Shown here: piece after piece, positions 54,369 to 63,797 of the stretch
How the letters are laid out: each line of letters opens with the position of its first letter
Numbering within the stretch: the stretch's first letter is position 1
Source of the DNA: Terriglobales bacterium
GTDB lineage: Bacteria; Acidobacteriota; Terriglobia; Bryobacterales; Bryobacteraceae
NCBI GenBank assembly: GCA_021372245.1
Contig: JAJFUV010000251.1
Span: 14,799 to 78,798 of the forward strand
Direction of reading: 5' to 3'
Length of the DNA: 64,000 bases
The notes under the pieces: generated by a model
Told to the model about the DNA's origin: nothing
The model's input: only the letters and a program-made list of their open reading frames with translations
The model's database searches: none
Position numbers and translations under genes: made by a program

Positions 54369-56645
54369 ATGTCTAAACCTCTGGTAACCTACCGGCCCTC
54401 CGCGACATACGAAGAGGCCATCCGACGCGCAGCCGATCTGTACGGGATTGAGGCGGGATATTACGATATTTGGGGCCGGCATCATACGACGAGCGTAGAA
54501 GGACAGAAGGCGATACTGAAATCGTTCGGCGTGGCCGTGGATACCACCGAGGAGGCGGAACGCGCCGTCGAGGAGCGCCTTAGCGCGGAGTGGGACGCCC
54601 TGGCCGCACCGGTGGTGGTGGAGACGTTGGGGGCGCAGGATGACGGGCTGCCGGTGCAGATACCCGTGGGGCGGCTCGGCGCACGGCTGACGATGCTCTA
54701 CCTGTGGGAAGACGGCGGCAGGAGCGAACAGGAGTGGGCCGTCGAATCGCTGGAGACCATAGCCGGTTGCGAGATGAAGGGACGCGTCTATGTGCGGAAG
54801 AGAGTTCCGCTGCCGGAAGCGGCGCGTCACGGCTACCACGAGGTCAAGCTGACGCTGGCGGGGGACGGTGAGCCGGCAATCACATCGGGCACCAAACTGA
54901 TCCTGGCGCCGGAGCGCGCCTACCTTCCGCCTTCGCTTGCCAACGGCGGGCGCCTGGCGGGTCTGGCCGTCAGCCTGTATGGGATCCGCTCCGAGCGTAA
55001 CTGGGGTTGCGGCGACCTGTCGGATCTGAAGATCTTCATCGATTGGGCCGTGGAGGCGACGGGCGCGGAATTCATCGCGCTGAATCCGCTGCACGCGATC
55101 CACAACCGCCAGCCGTTCAACACCAGCCCGTACCTGCCGAACTGCATTTACTACCGCAATCCCATCTATCTGGACGTCGAGCGTGTGGCCGGTTTCGCGG
55201 CATCGCAGCGCGCCGCGCTGGAGTTGAAGTCCGCGGAAACGCGCGCGGAGTTGGAAGCGCTGCGGCAGGCCGAATTCGTGGAATACGAGCGAGTGTGGAG
55301 CATCAAGAAGCGATTCCTGCTCTGGGCGTTCCTCCAGTTCGTGAAGATGTTGCGTGATGGCTCGCCCGCTGCCGCGCCGTTCCGCGAGTTCATAAAAGGG
55401 GAGGGTGAGCGGCTGGACCGTTACGCGGTCTTCTGTGCGCTGGACGAGTGGATACACGCACGGAATCCCGATGTCTGGACCTGGCAGGAGTGGCCGGCGG
55501 CTTATCGCGATCCGGATTCGCCGGAGGTGGCCGAATTCGAACGCCGCCATCCCCTGCGAATCACGTTCTACAAGTTCCTGCAATGGCAGATGAGCCTGCA
55601 GTTGAGTGAGGTGCAGCGGCACGCCCTGGCGCGCGGCATGGCGATCGGCCTGTATCACGACCTGGCGCTGGCCACGGACCGCTGCGGCTCGGATTTGTGG
55701 GCCTACCGGCCGTTCTACATCTCGGGTTGCCGGGTCGGTTCGCCGCCCGACGATTTTGCGCCCGAAGGCCAGGACTGGTCGTTCCCGCCGCCCAATTCCG
55801 ATCATCACCGGCAGACGGGCTACGAACTGTTCGCCGATTCAATCCGCAAGAACGCTCGCGCAGGCGGCGCACTTCGGATGGACCACGTGATGCGCTTCTT
55901 CCGGCTGTTCTGGATTCCGGACGGCTGGAAGGCCACCGACGGCGCCTACGTCCGCGACTATCACGAAGACCTGCTGCGCATCCTGGCGCTCGAAAGCGTC
56001 CGCAATCGCGTGGTGTTGATCGGCGAGGACCTGGGCACCGTGCAGCCGGCGATCCGCGAGGCGCTCGACCGCTTCGGCGTGCTCAGCTACCGTCTGCTGT
56101 ACTTCGAACGCGCCGAAGGCGGCCGGTTCCGCCTGCCCAACGAGTATCCCAAACAGGCCCTGGTGTCGGTCACGACTCACGATCTGCCGACCCTGGCCGG
56201 CTTCTGGGAGGGCGCGGACATAGAGGCCCGCAGGAAGGCCGGACTACTGACCGGCGAGGACAGCTACAAAAAGCAGGTGGCCGAGCGCACGAGGGACAAG
56301 CAGCGGCTGCTCGAAACGCTCATTGAACTCAATCTGTTGCCGGACTGGTTTCCAAGGCAGGCGAGCGCCGTGCCGGAATTGACAGGCGAGCTGCACAACG
56401 CCATCGTGGGATTTCTGGTATCGACGCCGTCGATGCTGATGGTCCTGAACCAGGAAGATTTGTTCAAGCAGATGGACCAGCAGAACCTGCCCGGCAGCAC
56501 CTGGCAGTATCCGAACTGGCGGCGCAAGATGTTGTTCCGTTTGGAGGAGTTGCGCGCCAACCGCCTGAGCCGGGACTGCGCTGCGATGCTGCGCAACTGG
56601 CTGGAGAGGGCGGGGCGGGTGAAGCGGCGCCGGACGAGTGATTGA
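54369..56645 (+). CDS. malQ: 4-alpha-glucanotransferase (amylomaltase, GH77) with an N-terminal extension
   Basis: GH77 blocks LRMDHVMRFFRLFWIP, LIGEDLGTV, VTTHDLPTLAGFW, NLPGS. I chose ATG 54369 (MSKPLVTYRP). Confidence 0.88.
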   Translation: MSKPLVTYRPSATYEEAIRRAADLYGIEAGYYDIWGRHHTTSVEGQKAILKSFGVAVDTTEEAERAVEERLSAEWDALAAPVVVETLGAQDDGLPVQIPVGRLGARLTMLYLWEDGGRSEQEWAVESLETIAGCEMKGRVYVRKRVPLPEAARHGYHEVKLTLAGDGEPAITSGTKLILAPERAYLPPSLANGGRLAGLAVSLYGIRSERNWGCGDLSDLKIFIDWAVEATGAEFIALNPLHAIHNRQPFNTSPYLPNCIYYRNPIYLDVERVAGFAASQRAALELKSAETRAELEALRQAEFVEYERVWSIKKRFLLWAFLQFVKMLRDGSPAAAPFREFIKGEGERLDRYAVFCALDEWIHARNPDVWTWQEWPAAYRDPDSPEVAEFERRHPLRITFYKFLQWQMSLQLSEVQRHALARGMAIGLYHDLALATDRCGSDLWAYRPFYISGCRVGSPPDDFAPEGQDWSFPPPNSDHHRQTGYELFADSIRKNARAGGALRMDHVMRFFRLFWIPDGWKATDGAYVRDYHEDLLRILALESVRNRVVLIGEDLGTVQPAIREALDRFGVLSYRLLYFERAEGGRFRLPNEYPKQALVSVTTHDLPTLAGFWEGADIEARRKAGLLTGEDSYKKQVAERTRDKQRLLETLIELNLLPDWFPRQASAVPELTGELHNAIVGFLVSTPSMLMVLNQEDLFKQMDQQNLPGSTWQYPNWRRKMLFRLEELRANRLSRDCAAMLRNWLERAGRVKRRRTSD

Positions 56646-56720
56646 ATTGTACGGAAACAGCGGCTGTGATACCGTGTAGATTACGTCGGTTATCATCATA
56701 GCCGGAATGTGGAGGCATGC

Positions 56721-57005
56721 ATGGAAGCACTTGGAATGGTAGAAACCAAAGGTCTGGTGGGCGCGATCGAAGCCGCCGACACGATGGTTAAGACGGCCAA
56801 CGTTACGTTGACCGGGAAGGAATACGTGGGCGCCGGATACGTCACGGTGACCGTTCGCGGAGACGTGGGCGCTGTGAAGGCCGCTACAGACGCGGGCGCC
56901 GCTGCCGCTCGCCGGGTCGGCGAACTGATCGCCGTACATGTGATCCCGAACCCGCACAGCGAAGTCGAGAAGATCCTGCCGGGCCAGAAGAAAGCCGAAA
57001 AGTAG
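56721..57005 (+). CDS. Bacterial microcompartment shell protein, BMC-H (PduA/EutM/CcmK-type single BMC domain)
   Basis: 94 aa, nearly collinear with PduA: [27 protein letters not shown]...[40 protein letters not shown] preferred ATG 56721 to 56709. Confidence 0.9.
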   Translation: MEALGMVETKGLVGAIEAADTMVKTANVTLTGKEYVGAGYVTVTVRGDVGAVKAATDAGAAAARRVGELIAVHVIPNPHSEVEKILPGQKKAEK

Positions 57006-57056
57006 CACGCCGACGGCGCGCCGCGAATGACTAGTGGCGGCGCGCGGATGTGAGCC

Positions 57057-58928
57057 ATGCTTCAGGATCAAGATCTCATTTCGATACAAGAGGTCCGCAC
57101 CAAGGTCGAAAAGGCCCACGCGGCGTTCCTCAAGTATCGCAGCTACTCGCAGGAGCAAATCGACGCGGTGGTCGAAGCGATGTCGGCCGCCGCGCAGGCC
57201 AATGCCGTGAGGTTGGCGGAGCTGGCGGTGGAAGAAACCGGCTACGGCAACGTCAAGGACAAGATCGGCAAGAACCTGCTCACTTCGAAGTGGCTCGTCG
57301 AGAACATCCGCTCGATGAAGACGGTGGGTGTGCTGCGGGAAGTTCCGGATAAGAAGATCGTCGAGATCGGCGTTCCCATGGGTGTGGTGGCAGCCATTGC
57401 TCCGACCACGAATCCGACCTCGACGGCGAACTTCAAGTGCATCATCAGCCTCAAGGCGGGTAACGCCGTGGTGCTGAGTCCGCACCCGCACGCCAAGCGG
57501 TCGACCGCGGAGGCGTGCGACATGCTGCACGCGGCGGCGGTGGCGGCCGGCGCGCCGGAAGGGATCATCCAATGCCTGACGGCTCCGACAACGGAAGCCA
57601 CGCAGGCGTTGATGGGGCATGAGAAGACGGCCGTGATCCTGGCGACCGGCGGCTCGGGCCTGGTGCGCGCGGCGTACTCGAGCGGCAAGCCGGCTTTCGG
57701 CGTTGGTCCAGGCAATGTGCCGGTGCTGCTCGACCGCTCGGCCGATATCGCATCGAGCGTTGCGGACGTGGTAGCCGGCAAGTCGTTTGACTACGGCACG
57801 GTTTGCTCGAGCGAACAGTCGTTGGTAGCCGAAGCGGACTTGCGCGATAAGGTGCTCGAAGAACTGCGTAAGCAAAAGGCGTTCATCTGCAACCCAGCGC
57901 AGCAAGACGCGATCGCGAAGATACTGTTCACTCCCGCGGGCAAGGTCAGCGCCCGTTGCGTGGGGCAGTCACCCACGCGCCTCGCACAGATGGCGGGGTT
58001 CGAGGTGCCGCCGGAGACTTCCATCCTGGTGGTGGAGATCGATGGTGTGGGCAAGTTCCATCCGTTGTCGGGTGAGAAGCTTTCGCCCGTGTTGTCGTTG
58101 CTTTTCGTGAAAGATTGGCAGGCGGCGCTGGATACTTGCGAAGCCATCCTGAAATTCGGCGGGCTGGGCCACACCGCCGGAATCTATGCAAGAGATGAAG
58201 CGCGCATCCGCGAGTTCGGAATGCGGATGCCAGCCATGCGCGTGCTCGTGAACACGCCCGCGCCGCAAGGCTCGACCGGGATCACCACCGGCATTCTGCC
58301 GTCGATGACGCTCGGTTGCGGCGCGATGGCCGGGAATATTACCGGCGACAACGTGGGTCCCCGGCACCTTATCAATATCAAGCGCATAGCATATGTGGTG
58401 CGCAAGCCTGAGGAGGCTTTCACGGTGCCCCCGTATACACCCGGCGCCAAGGCGACGGTTGCACAGTTGCCGGTGAGCAAGCCGGCAGCCGTCCCAGTGG
58501 CGGCAGCCAGCGTGGATCGTAATGCGATCGCGGCTGCGGTGGACAGGTATCTGGCCACGCGCGGTATCACAACGAGCGTTTCAGAAGCCGCCGCGGCGGC
58601 TCCGGTAGTCGCCGCCAGCACCATCAGCAACGTTTCGGCCCAGGTCGTCGACCGCTTTCTGTCCGCGCGTAAATCGGGCGCTGCCTGCGGATGCGCGCCA
58701 AAGTGCCCTCTGAACGAGCCGTCCGAGTCCGCTCAATCGGCGGCAGCCCCAGAGCCCAAGCCGGCAGCCCCGGCGGTCACGATCGTGGATTTCGTCTGTG
58801 AGGACGACGTCCGCGCCGCCCTGGCGGCGTCCCGGAAGATTTACATTGGACCGAAGACCATCGTTACGCCGTCGGCCCGCGACATCGCCTCCGCCCATGA
58901 CGTTTTGGTGGTAGCCTCGCGTTCATGA
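57057..58928 (+). CDS. Acylating (CoA-dependent) aldehyde dehydrogenase, AdhE-N-terminal type, with a roughly 170-aa non-catalytic C-terminal tail
   Basis: Residues 1-450 are collinear with the AdhE ALDH half (PTTNPTSTANFK, LSPHPHAK, ILATGGSGLVRAAYSSGKPAFGVGPGN, catalytic FDYGTVCSSEQS, TLGCGAMAGN). The tail is Ala/Pro-rich. It has two similar amphipathic helices, a CGC-x3-C patch and a terminal module of about 45 aa. Confidence 0.88.
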   Translation: MLQDQDLISIQEVRTKVEKAHAAFLKYRSYSQEQIDAVVEAMSAAAQANAVRLAELAVEETGYGNVKDKIGKNLLTSKWLVENIRSMKTVGVLREVPDKKIVEIGVPMGVVAAIAPTTNPTSTANFKCIISLKAGNAVVLSPHPHAKRSTAEACDMLHAAAVAAGAPEGIIQCLTAPTTEATQALMGHEKTAVILATGGSGLVRAAYSSGKPAFGVGPGNVPVLLDRSADIASSVADVVAGKSFDYGTVCSSEQSLVAEADLRDKVLEELRKQKAFICNPAQQDAIAKILFTPAGKVSARCVGQSPTRLAQMAGFEVPPETSILVVEIDGVGKFHPLSGEKLSPVLSLLFVKDWQAALDTCEAILKFGGLGHTAGIYARDEARIREFGMRMPAMRVLVNTPAPQGSTGITTGILPSMTLGCGAMAGNITGDNVGPRHLINIKRIAYVVRKPEEAFTVPPYTPGAKATVAQLPVSKPAAVPVAAASVDRNAIAAAVDRYLATRGITTSVSEAAAAAPVVAASTISNVSAQVVDRFLSARKSGAACGCAPKCPLNEPSESAQSAAAPEPKPAAPAVTIVDFVCEDDVRAALAASRKIYIGPKTIVTPSARDIASAHDVLVVASRS

Positions 58929-59419
58929 GTACGGATCTGGGTGCTCTGAAGGACGAGATCCTGGAATACCTTGCCGCGCAAGGCATGATCGTTTTTCATT
59001 CCTACTTGCGGCACCACGAAGGTGTGCCGACCATAGGTTGGGACAGTAAGAACTATCCGGACTATCAGGAGTTTATCCACACTGCCAAGCGTGCGGGCGT
59101 GGAAATGATGGTGGTCCGGTGCGATCATTTCTCCGACGGGCAAGTCGAGGAAGCGCTGGCCGATCTGAAAGAGGCGGAATTCGAGAGCCGCGACAAGCGC
59201 CGCATCGAGCGGCGTTTGCACGAGCTTGGAGGATACGCCGGCTTTGTCTCGGTCCTGGAGCTGTCCTACGATTACCAGGGGCGGCTGTACTTCTTCGATG
59301 TACATACCGATTGGTTCGACGAATACCTGGACCTACAGGACGAGATAGCCGCTTCGTTGCCGGAAGACGAAGACCTGGACGACGAAGGACCGGTAGGCGG
59401 CTTCTACTCCAGGAACTGA
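58925..59419 (+). CDS. Hypothetical protein (164 aa, acidic C-terminus)
   Basis: The ATG overlaps the aldehyde dehydrogenase stop (ATGA). Good GC3. I recognise no motif. It ends 12 nt before the recJ ATG. Confidence 0.6.
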   Translation: MSTDLGALKDEILEYLAAQGMIVFHSYLRHHEGVPTIGWDSKNYPDYQEFIHTAKRAGVEMMVVRCDHFSDGQVEEALADLKEAEFESRDKRRIERRLHELGGYAGFVSVLELSYDYQGRLYFFDVHTDWFDEYLDLQDEIAASLPEDEDLDDEGPVGGFYSRN

Positions 59420-59431
59420 TACCTTTTGCGG

Positions 59432-61168
59432 ATGTCCAAGCCTGCTCATTGGCAGTTGCCCGCGGTGGACGAAGATGAAGTATCCCGTCTGGCATCCGCG
59501 CTCGGTATTCACGAGCCCGCTGCCCGGGTGCTGGTCAACCGGGGATACGCCGATCCGGCCGCGGCGCGGCGATTCCTGGATGCCTCCCTTTCAGACCTGC
59601 ACGACCCGTTCCTGTTGAAAGACCTGCAGCCCGCTGTAGAGCGGTTGTGGGAGGCGGTGCGCGGCGGGGAGAAGATCCGGCTGTACGGCGACTACGACGC
59701 GGATGGCACCACGGCGGTAGTGCTGCTCAAGACGGTCATCCAACTGGCCGGCGGCGATGTTTCGCACCACGTGCCCGACCGTTTGAAAGACGGCTACGGG
59801 ATGCGCGTGGAGGCCATCGCCCGGGCGGCCGGGGACGGCGTAAGCCTGGTGGTCAGCGTGGACACCGGCATACGCGCGGCGGAGGCCGTGAAAGAGGCGG
59901 CGCGGCTGGGCGTAGACGTGATCATTACCGACCACCACCTGCCCGAAGCCAAACTGCCGCCGGCGCTCGCGGTGCTGAACCCGAACCGCGCCGACGATAC
60001 CTATCCGGATAAGAACCTGTGCGGGGCAGGCGTGGCGTTCAAGCTGGCGCAGGCGCTGCTGGGCAAGCTGGGGTGGCCGGAAGCGAAGCTGCGGCGGATG
60101 ACCGAATCGCTGTTAAAGCTGGTGGCTATCGGCACCGTTGCCGACGTAGTGCCGCTGACGGGCGAGAACCGGATTCTTGTGAAGCACGGCCTGGAGGGAC
60201 TCGGCGACCTGCGAAATCCAGGGCTGCGCGCCTTGTTCGAGGTGGCAGGCTTCACCGAAGGCCAGGCGCCCACGGCGGGCCAGATCGCCTTCCGTATCGC
60301 GCCCCGGTTAAACGCAGCCGGTCGCATGGCCAACGCCAACGACGTGATCGATCTGCTTTCGACCGGCGACGAAGTTCGCGCTCACGAACTGGCCGCGCAG
60401 TTGCACGCATTCAATCAGGAGCGCCAGCAAACCGAAAACGACATCATCCAGAGCATTCTGGAAGAGTGCTCGCGGACGCCGGTCGGAGATGACCAGGCGG
60501 CGCTGGTGGTGAGCGGTCCGGGCTGGCACCGCGGCGTAGTGGGCATTGTGGCCAACCGCCTGGTAGAGCGCTTCCACCGGCCGGTGATCGTGTTGAGCGA
60601 AGACGCGCAGGATGGACTGGCGCAGGGCAGCGGGCGGAGCGTGCCGAAACTCCATCTGCTGGAGGCGCTGGAATCCATGCCGGAGCTGTTCGAACGCTTC
60701 GGCGGCCACCGGCAGGCGGTGGGCGTGAGTTTGCGGATCGAGAAAGTAGAGGAATTCCGCTCCCGGCTCAATGCCTATGCCGCGGCGCGGTTGGCGAAAG
60801 ACGATTTCCGTTCGCAGATCGATCTGGACGCTGCAATCAAGTTTGGCGAGGTGACGGACGAGAGCGTGGCGGAAATCCTCAGGCTGGCGCCGTTCGGGGC
60901 GGGAAATCCGACGCCGTTGTTCTGCATCTTCGATGTGGAGGTGGCCTCGGCCCCGGTGATCTGGAAACAGCGCCACGTACGGTTGCGACTGCGGCAGAAC
61001 GGGAGGACGCTCGCGTGCCGCGCCTGGAATTTTGCCGAGCGCATCGAAGAAGTGCAGGCCGGCGCCCGCGTCGATGCAGTGGTGCAGTTCGAACCGGATC
61101 CGTACTCGCAAAGCCGCGGCTACTCGCCGTGGTGCGTGACGCTGCGCGACGTGCGCACGACGAAGTAG
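59432..61168 (+). CDS. recJ: Single-stranded-DNA-specific exonuclease RecJ
   Basis: DHH motifs LYGDYDADGTTA, VSVDTGI, VIITDHH, and DHHA1-type GGHRQAVG. I preferred ATG 59432 to TTG 59426. Confidence 0.9.
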   Translation: MSKPAHWQLPAVDEDEVSRLASALGIHEPAARVLVNRGYADPAAARRFLDASLSDLHDPFLLKDLQPAVERLWEAVRGGEKIRLYGDYDADGTTAVVLLKTVIQLAGGDVSHHVPDRLKDGYGMRVEAIARAAGDGVSLVVSVDTGIRAAEAVKEAARLGVDVIITDHHLPEAKLPPALAVLNPNRADDTYPDKNLCGAGVAFKLAQALLGKLGWPEAKLRRMTESLLKLVAIGTVADVVPLTGENRILVKHGLEGLGDLRNPGLRALFEVAGFTEGQAPTAGQIAFRIAPRLNAAGRMANANDVIDLLSTGDEVRAHELAAQLHAFNQERQQTENDIIQSILEECSRTPVGDDQAALVVSGPGWHRGVVGIVANRLVERFHRPVIVLSEDAQDGLAQGSGRSVPKLHLLEALESMPELFERFGGHRQAVGVSLRIEKVEEFRSRLNAYAAARLAKDDFRSQIDLDAAIKFGEVTDESVAEILRLAPFGAGNPTPLFCIFDVEVASAPVIWKQRHVRLRLRQNGRTLACRAWNFAERIEEVQAGARVDAVVQFEPDPYSQSRGYSPWCVTLRDVRTTK

Positions 61169-61178
61169 GAATCCCGTC

Positions 61179-61760
61179 CTACGGTTCGATCTTCGTGCCG
61201 AGCACTTCGAGGAACTTGGCCAGCCAGGCCGGGTGCGCGGGCCAGGCCGGCGCGGTGACCAGTTGGCCGTCGACATACGCCTGGTTGAGTGCTATGTCCG
61301 CGTACCGGCCTCCGGCGGAGGCGACTTCGGGCGACACCGCCGGGTAGCAACTGCATGTTTTGCCGTTCAGCACCCCCGCGGCAGCGAGCAACTGCGCGGC
61401 GTGACAGATCGCCGCGATCGGTTTCGATGCGGCCGCGAAGTGGCGCACGATTTCGAGTACCCGCGGATTCAGGCGGATGTACTCGGGCGCGCGCCCGCCG
61501 GGCACTACCAGGGCGTCGTAAGCGGACGGCGCGACGGAATCAAAATCGGCGTTGAGCGCGAAATTGTGCCCACGCTTCTCGCTGTAGGTCTGATCGCCTT
61601 CGAAATCGTGTATAGCCGTGCGCACGACGTCGCCGCTCTTCTTGCCTGGGCAGACAGCGTGTACGGTGTGCCCCACCATCTGCAAAGCCTGGAAGGGCAC
61701 CATGACCTCATAGTCTTCGACGTAGTCTCCGACCAGCATCAGGATCTTTTTGGCAGCCAT
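61179..61760 (-). CDS. DJ-1/PfpI family protein
   Basis: [26 protein letters not shown], nucleophile elbow [13 protein letters not shown] 61760. Confidence 0.85.
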   Translation of the reverse strand: MAAKKILMLVGDYVEDYEVMVPFQALQMVGHTVHAVCPGKKSGDVVRTAIHDFEGDQTYSEKRGHNFALNADFDSVAPSAYDALVVPGGRAPEYIRLNPRVLEIVRHFAAASKPIAAICHAAQLLAAAGVLNGKTCSCYPAVSPEVASAGGRYADIALNQAYVDGQLVTAPAWPAHPAWLAKFLEVLGTKIEP

Positions 61761-61788
61761 GACCCCAATGTAGCGCGGCGCGCGTAGG

Positions 61789-63207
61789 TCAGCAGACGTG
61801 GGGCGAAATTCGCGACTCAACGCATCCGCGGCCCATGGGCACTACCTTGCCGGGGTTGAGCAGGCGCTCGGGGTCGAACAGTAGCTTGAAGCGGCGCATG
61901 GCCTCCAGGCTGTCGGCGGAGAACAGTTTCTCCATCAGGTCGATCTTCTCCATGCCGACGCCGTGTTCGCCGGTGATGGTTCCGCCGACCTCGATGCAGT
62001 GCTCCAGGATTTCCTCGCCCGCGCGGCGCGCCTTCTCAAGTTCACCCGGCTTGCGCGGATCGAAGGGCAGGATGGGGTGCAGGTTGCCGTCGCCGGCGTG
62101 GAAGATGTTGCTGATGTTGAGGCCGTACTTTTCGCCGACGCCGCGGATGAAACGCAGCGTGGAAGCGATGTGCGTGCGCGGCACCACGCCGTCCTGCACG
62201 TAGTAGGTGGGGCTGACGCGGCCGATGGCGCCGAAAGCGTTCTTGCGTCCTTTCCAAAGCAACTCGCGCTCTTCGGCAGTGCGCGCGAGGCGGAATTCGC
62301 GCGCGTGGCATGCCATGCACGCTTCGCGCACCTGCTCCACCTGTTCTTCGACGCCTTCGCGCAGGCCCTCGAGTTCCACCAGCAGGACGGCGGCGGCGTC
62401 CATCGGATAGCCGGCGTGGGTGGCCTCCTCGACCATGCGAAGCATGAGGCCGTCGAGCATTTCAACCGCTACCGGCGTGATGCCGCGGGCGGTGATTTCG
62501 GTGACGGTTTCGCCGGCGTCTTCGGTGGAGTCGTAAATGGCAAGGGCGGTCTTGACGGCTTCGGGTTGGCGCATCAGGCGCACCACGCTCTTGGTAATGA
62601 AGGCCAGCGTGCCTTCGGAGCCGGTGAGGAAGCCGGTGAGATCGTAGCCGGGCAGGTCGGACTCCTCGCCGCCCACTTCGACGACGGTGCCGTCGGCGAG
62701 CACGGCTTCCAGGCCCAGAACGTGATTGGACGTGACGCCGTAAGCCAGGGTGTGCGGTCCGCCCGCGTTTTCGGCCACATTGCCGCCGATGGTGGAAGCG
62801 CGCTGGCTGGAAGGATCGGGCGCGAAGAAGAACCGCTCTCCCTGGACGGCCAGCGTGATGTCCAGGTTGACGACGCCGGCTTCGACCAGGGCGCGCTCGC
62901 CGGCCAGGTCGATGTCGAGGATGCGGTTCATGCGCGAGAAGCAGACCACGATGCCGCCCTCGCGCGGAATGGAGCCTCCGCTCAAACCCGTCCCCGCGCC
63001 GCGCGCCACCAGCGGCACACGGTATTCGCGCGCGACCCGCACGATGCCAGCGACGTCTTCGGTCGAGCGCGGGAAGACGACCATGTCCGGCATGGCCTTG
63101 TCCACGCCGGCGTCGTACTCATAGAGCTTCAGATCCTCGGGGCGGTCCAGGAAGCCGCGCGGTCCGAGCAGCGCGGCAATCTTCTTACGGGCTTCAGCGG
63201 AAATCAT
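61789..63207 (-). CDS. glcD: FAD-linked oxidase (GlcD / D-lactate dehydrogenase family)
   Basis: PCMH-type FAD-binding domain ([37 protein letters not shown]), C-terminal [14 protein letters not shown]. The subunit-level assignment is tentative. Confidence 0.8.
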   Translation of the reverse strand: MISAEARKKIAALLGPRGFLDRPEDLKLYEYDAGVDKAMPDMVVFPRSTEDVAGIVRVAREYRVPLVARGAGTGLSGGSIPREGGIVVCFSRMNRILDIDLAGERALVEAGVVNLDITLAVQGERFFFAPDPSSQRASTIGGNVAENAGGPHTLAYGVTSNHVLGLEAVLADGTVVEVGGEESDLPGYDLTGFLTGSEGTLAFITKSVVRLMRQPEAVKTALAIYDSTEDAGETVTEITARGITPVAVEMLDGLMLRMVEEATHAGYPMDAAAVLLVELEGLREGVEEQVEQVREACMACHAREFRLARTAEERELLWKGRKNAFGAIGRVSPTYYVQDGVVPRTHIASTLRFIRGVGEKYGLNISNIFHAGDGNLHPILPFDPRKPGELEKARRAGEEILEHCIEVGGTITGEHGVGMEKIDLMEKLFSADSLEAMRRFKLLFDPERLLNPGKVVPMGRGCVESRISPHVC

Positions 63208-63214
63208 CGGTTTT

Positions 63215-63736
63215 TCACAACAACGACTGGATGTAGCTTACCATCTTCGCATCCATCCAGTCGGCCGGACCAATGATCTTGCGCACCACCTTGCCCTGAC
63301 TGTCGATCACGTAGGTTTCGGGGTACTTGAACGTGCCGTAGGAAGAACTGATGCGGGCCTCGGGGTCGCGCACCGTAAGGAACGACACGTTGGCCTTACG
63401 GAGGAACTCGTGGTAGGTGCGCTCGTTCGTGTCCACACTGACGCCGGCGACCACCACACCGGAGGCGGCGAAGCGGCGCTGGAATTGATCGAGCGAGGGC
63501 ATTTCCTCGATGCAAGGTGGACACCATGTGGCCCAGAAGTTGAGGACCAGCAGGCGGCCGCCGAAGCCGGACCGGGATAGCACGCGGCCGTTGTCGGCGG
63601 TAATCTGGAAGTCAGGAGCCTTGTCGCCTACGTCGACGACCTTATCGCGGAACGCGTCGACGACCACGTAACCCAGGGCGACAAACAGTACCCCCATCAC
63701 TAACAGGAGCGAACGCTCCAACTTGGTGCTGGACAT
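63215..63736 (-). CDS. Membrane-anchored thiol:disulfide oxidoreductase (TlpA/ResA-like thioredoxin fold)
   Basis: N-terminal TM anchor and the WATWCPPC active site. Confidence 0.85.
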   Translation of the reverse strand: MSSTKLERSLLLVMGVLFVALGYVVVDAFRDKVVDVGDKAPDFQITADNGRVLSRSGFGGRLLVLNFWATWCPPCIEEMPSLDQFQRRFAASGVVVAGVSVDTNERTYHEFLRKANVSFLTVRDPEARISSSYGTFKYPETYVIDSQGKVVRKIIGPADWMDAKMVSYIQSLL

Positions 63737-63797
63737 GAGACGTACTTTTTATTTTAGAGGATCTGGCGGCGAAGCGGCTGCATCTGAATAACTTGAG

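Noticed and set aside
61166-61181. TAGGA-N6-TCCTA hairpin formed by the convergent stop codons of recJ and the DJ-1/PfpI gene, together with the convergent mutS2/purF-like stops sharing CTAG at 3006-3009.
   Set aside because: These are 5-bp stems or simple palindromic stop overlaps, more likely coincidental compaction than functional terminators.
63737-63797. Possible preQ1 riboswitch upstream of queD.
   Set aside because: The 61-nt leader has only a weak hairpin and an AAUAACUUGAG tail. It lacks the conserved preQ1-I stem-loop/CCCUC core as I remember it. A covariance-model scan (Rfam preQ1-I/II/III) would settle it.
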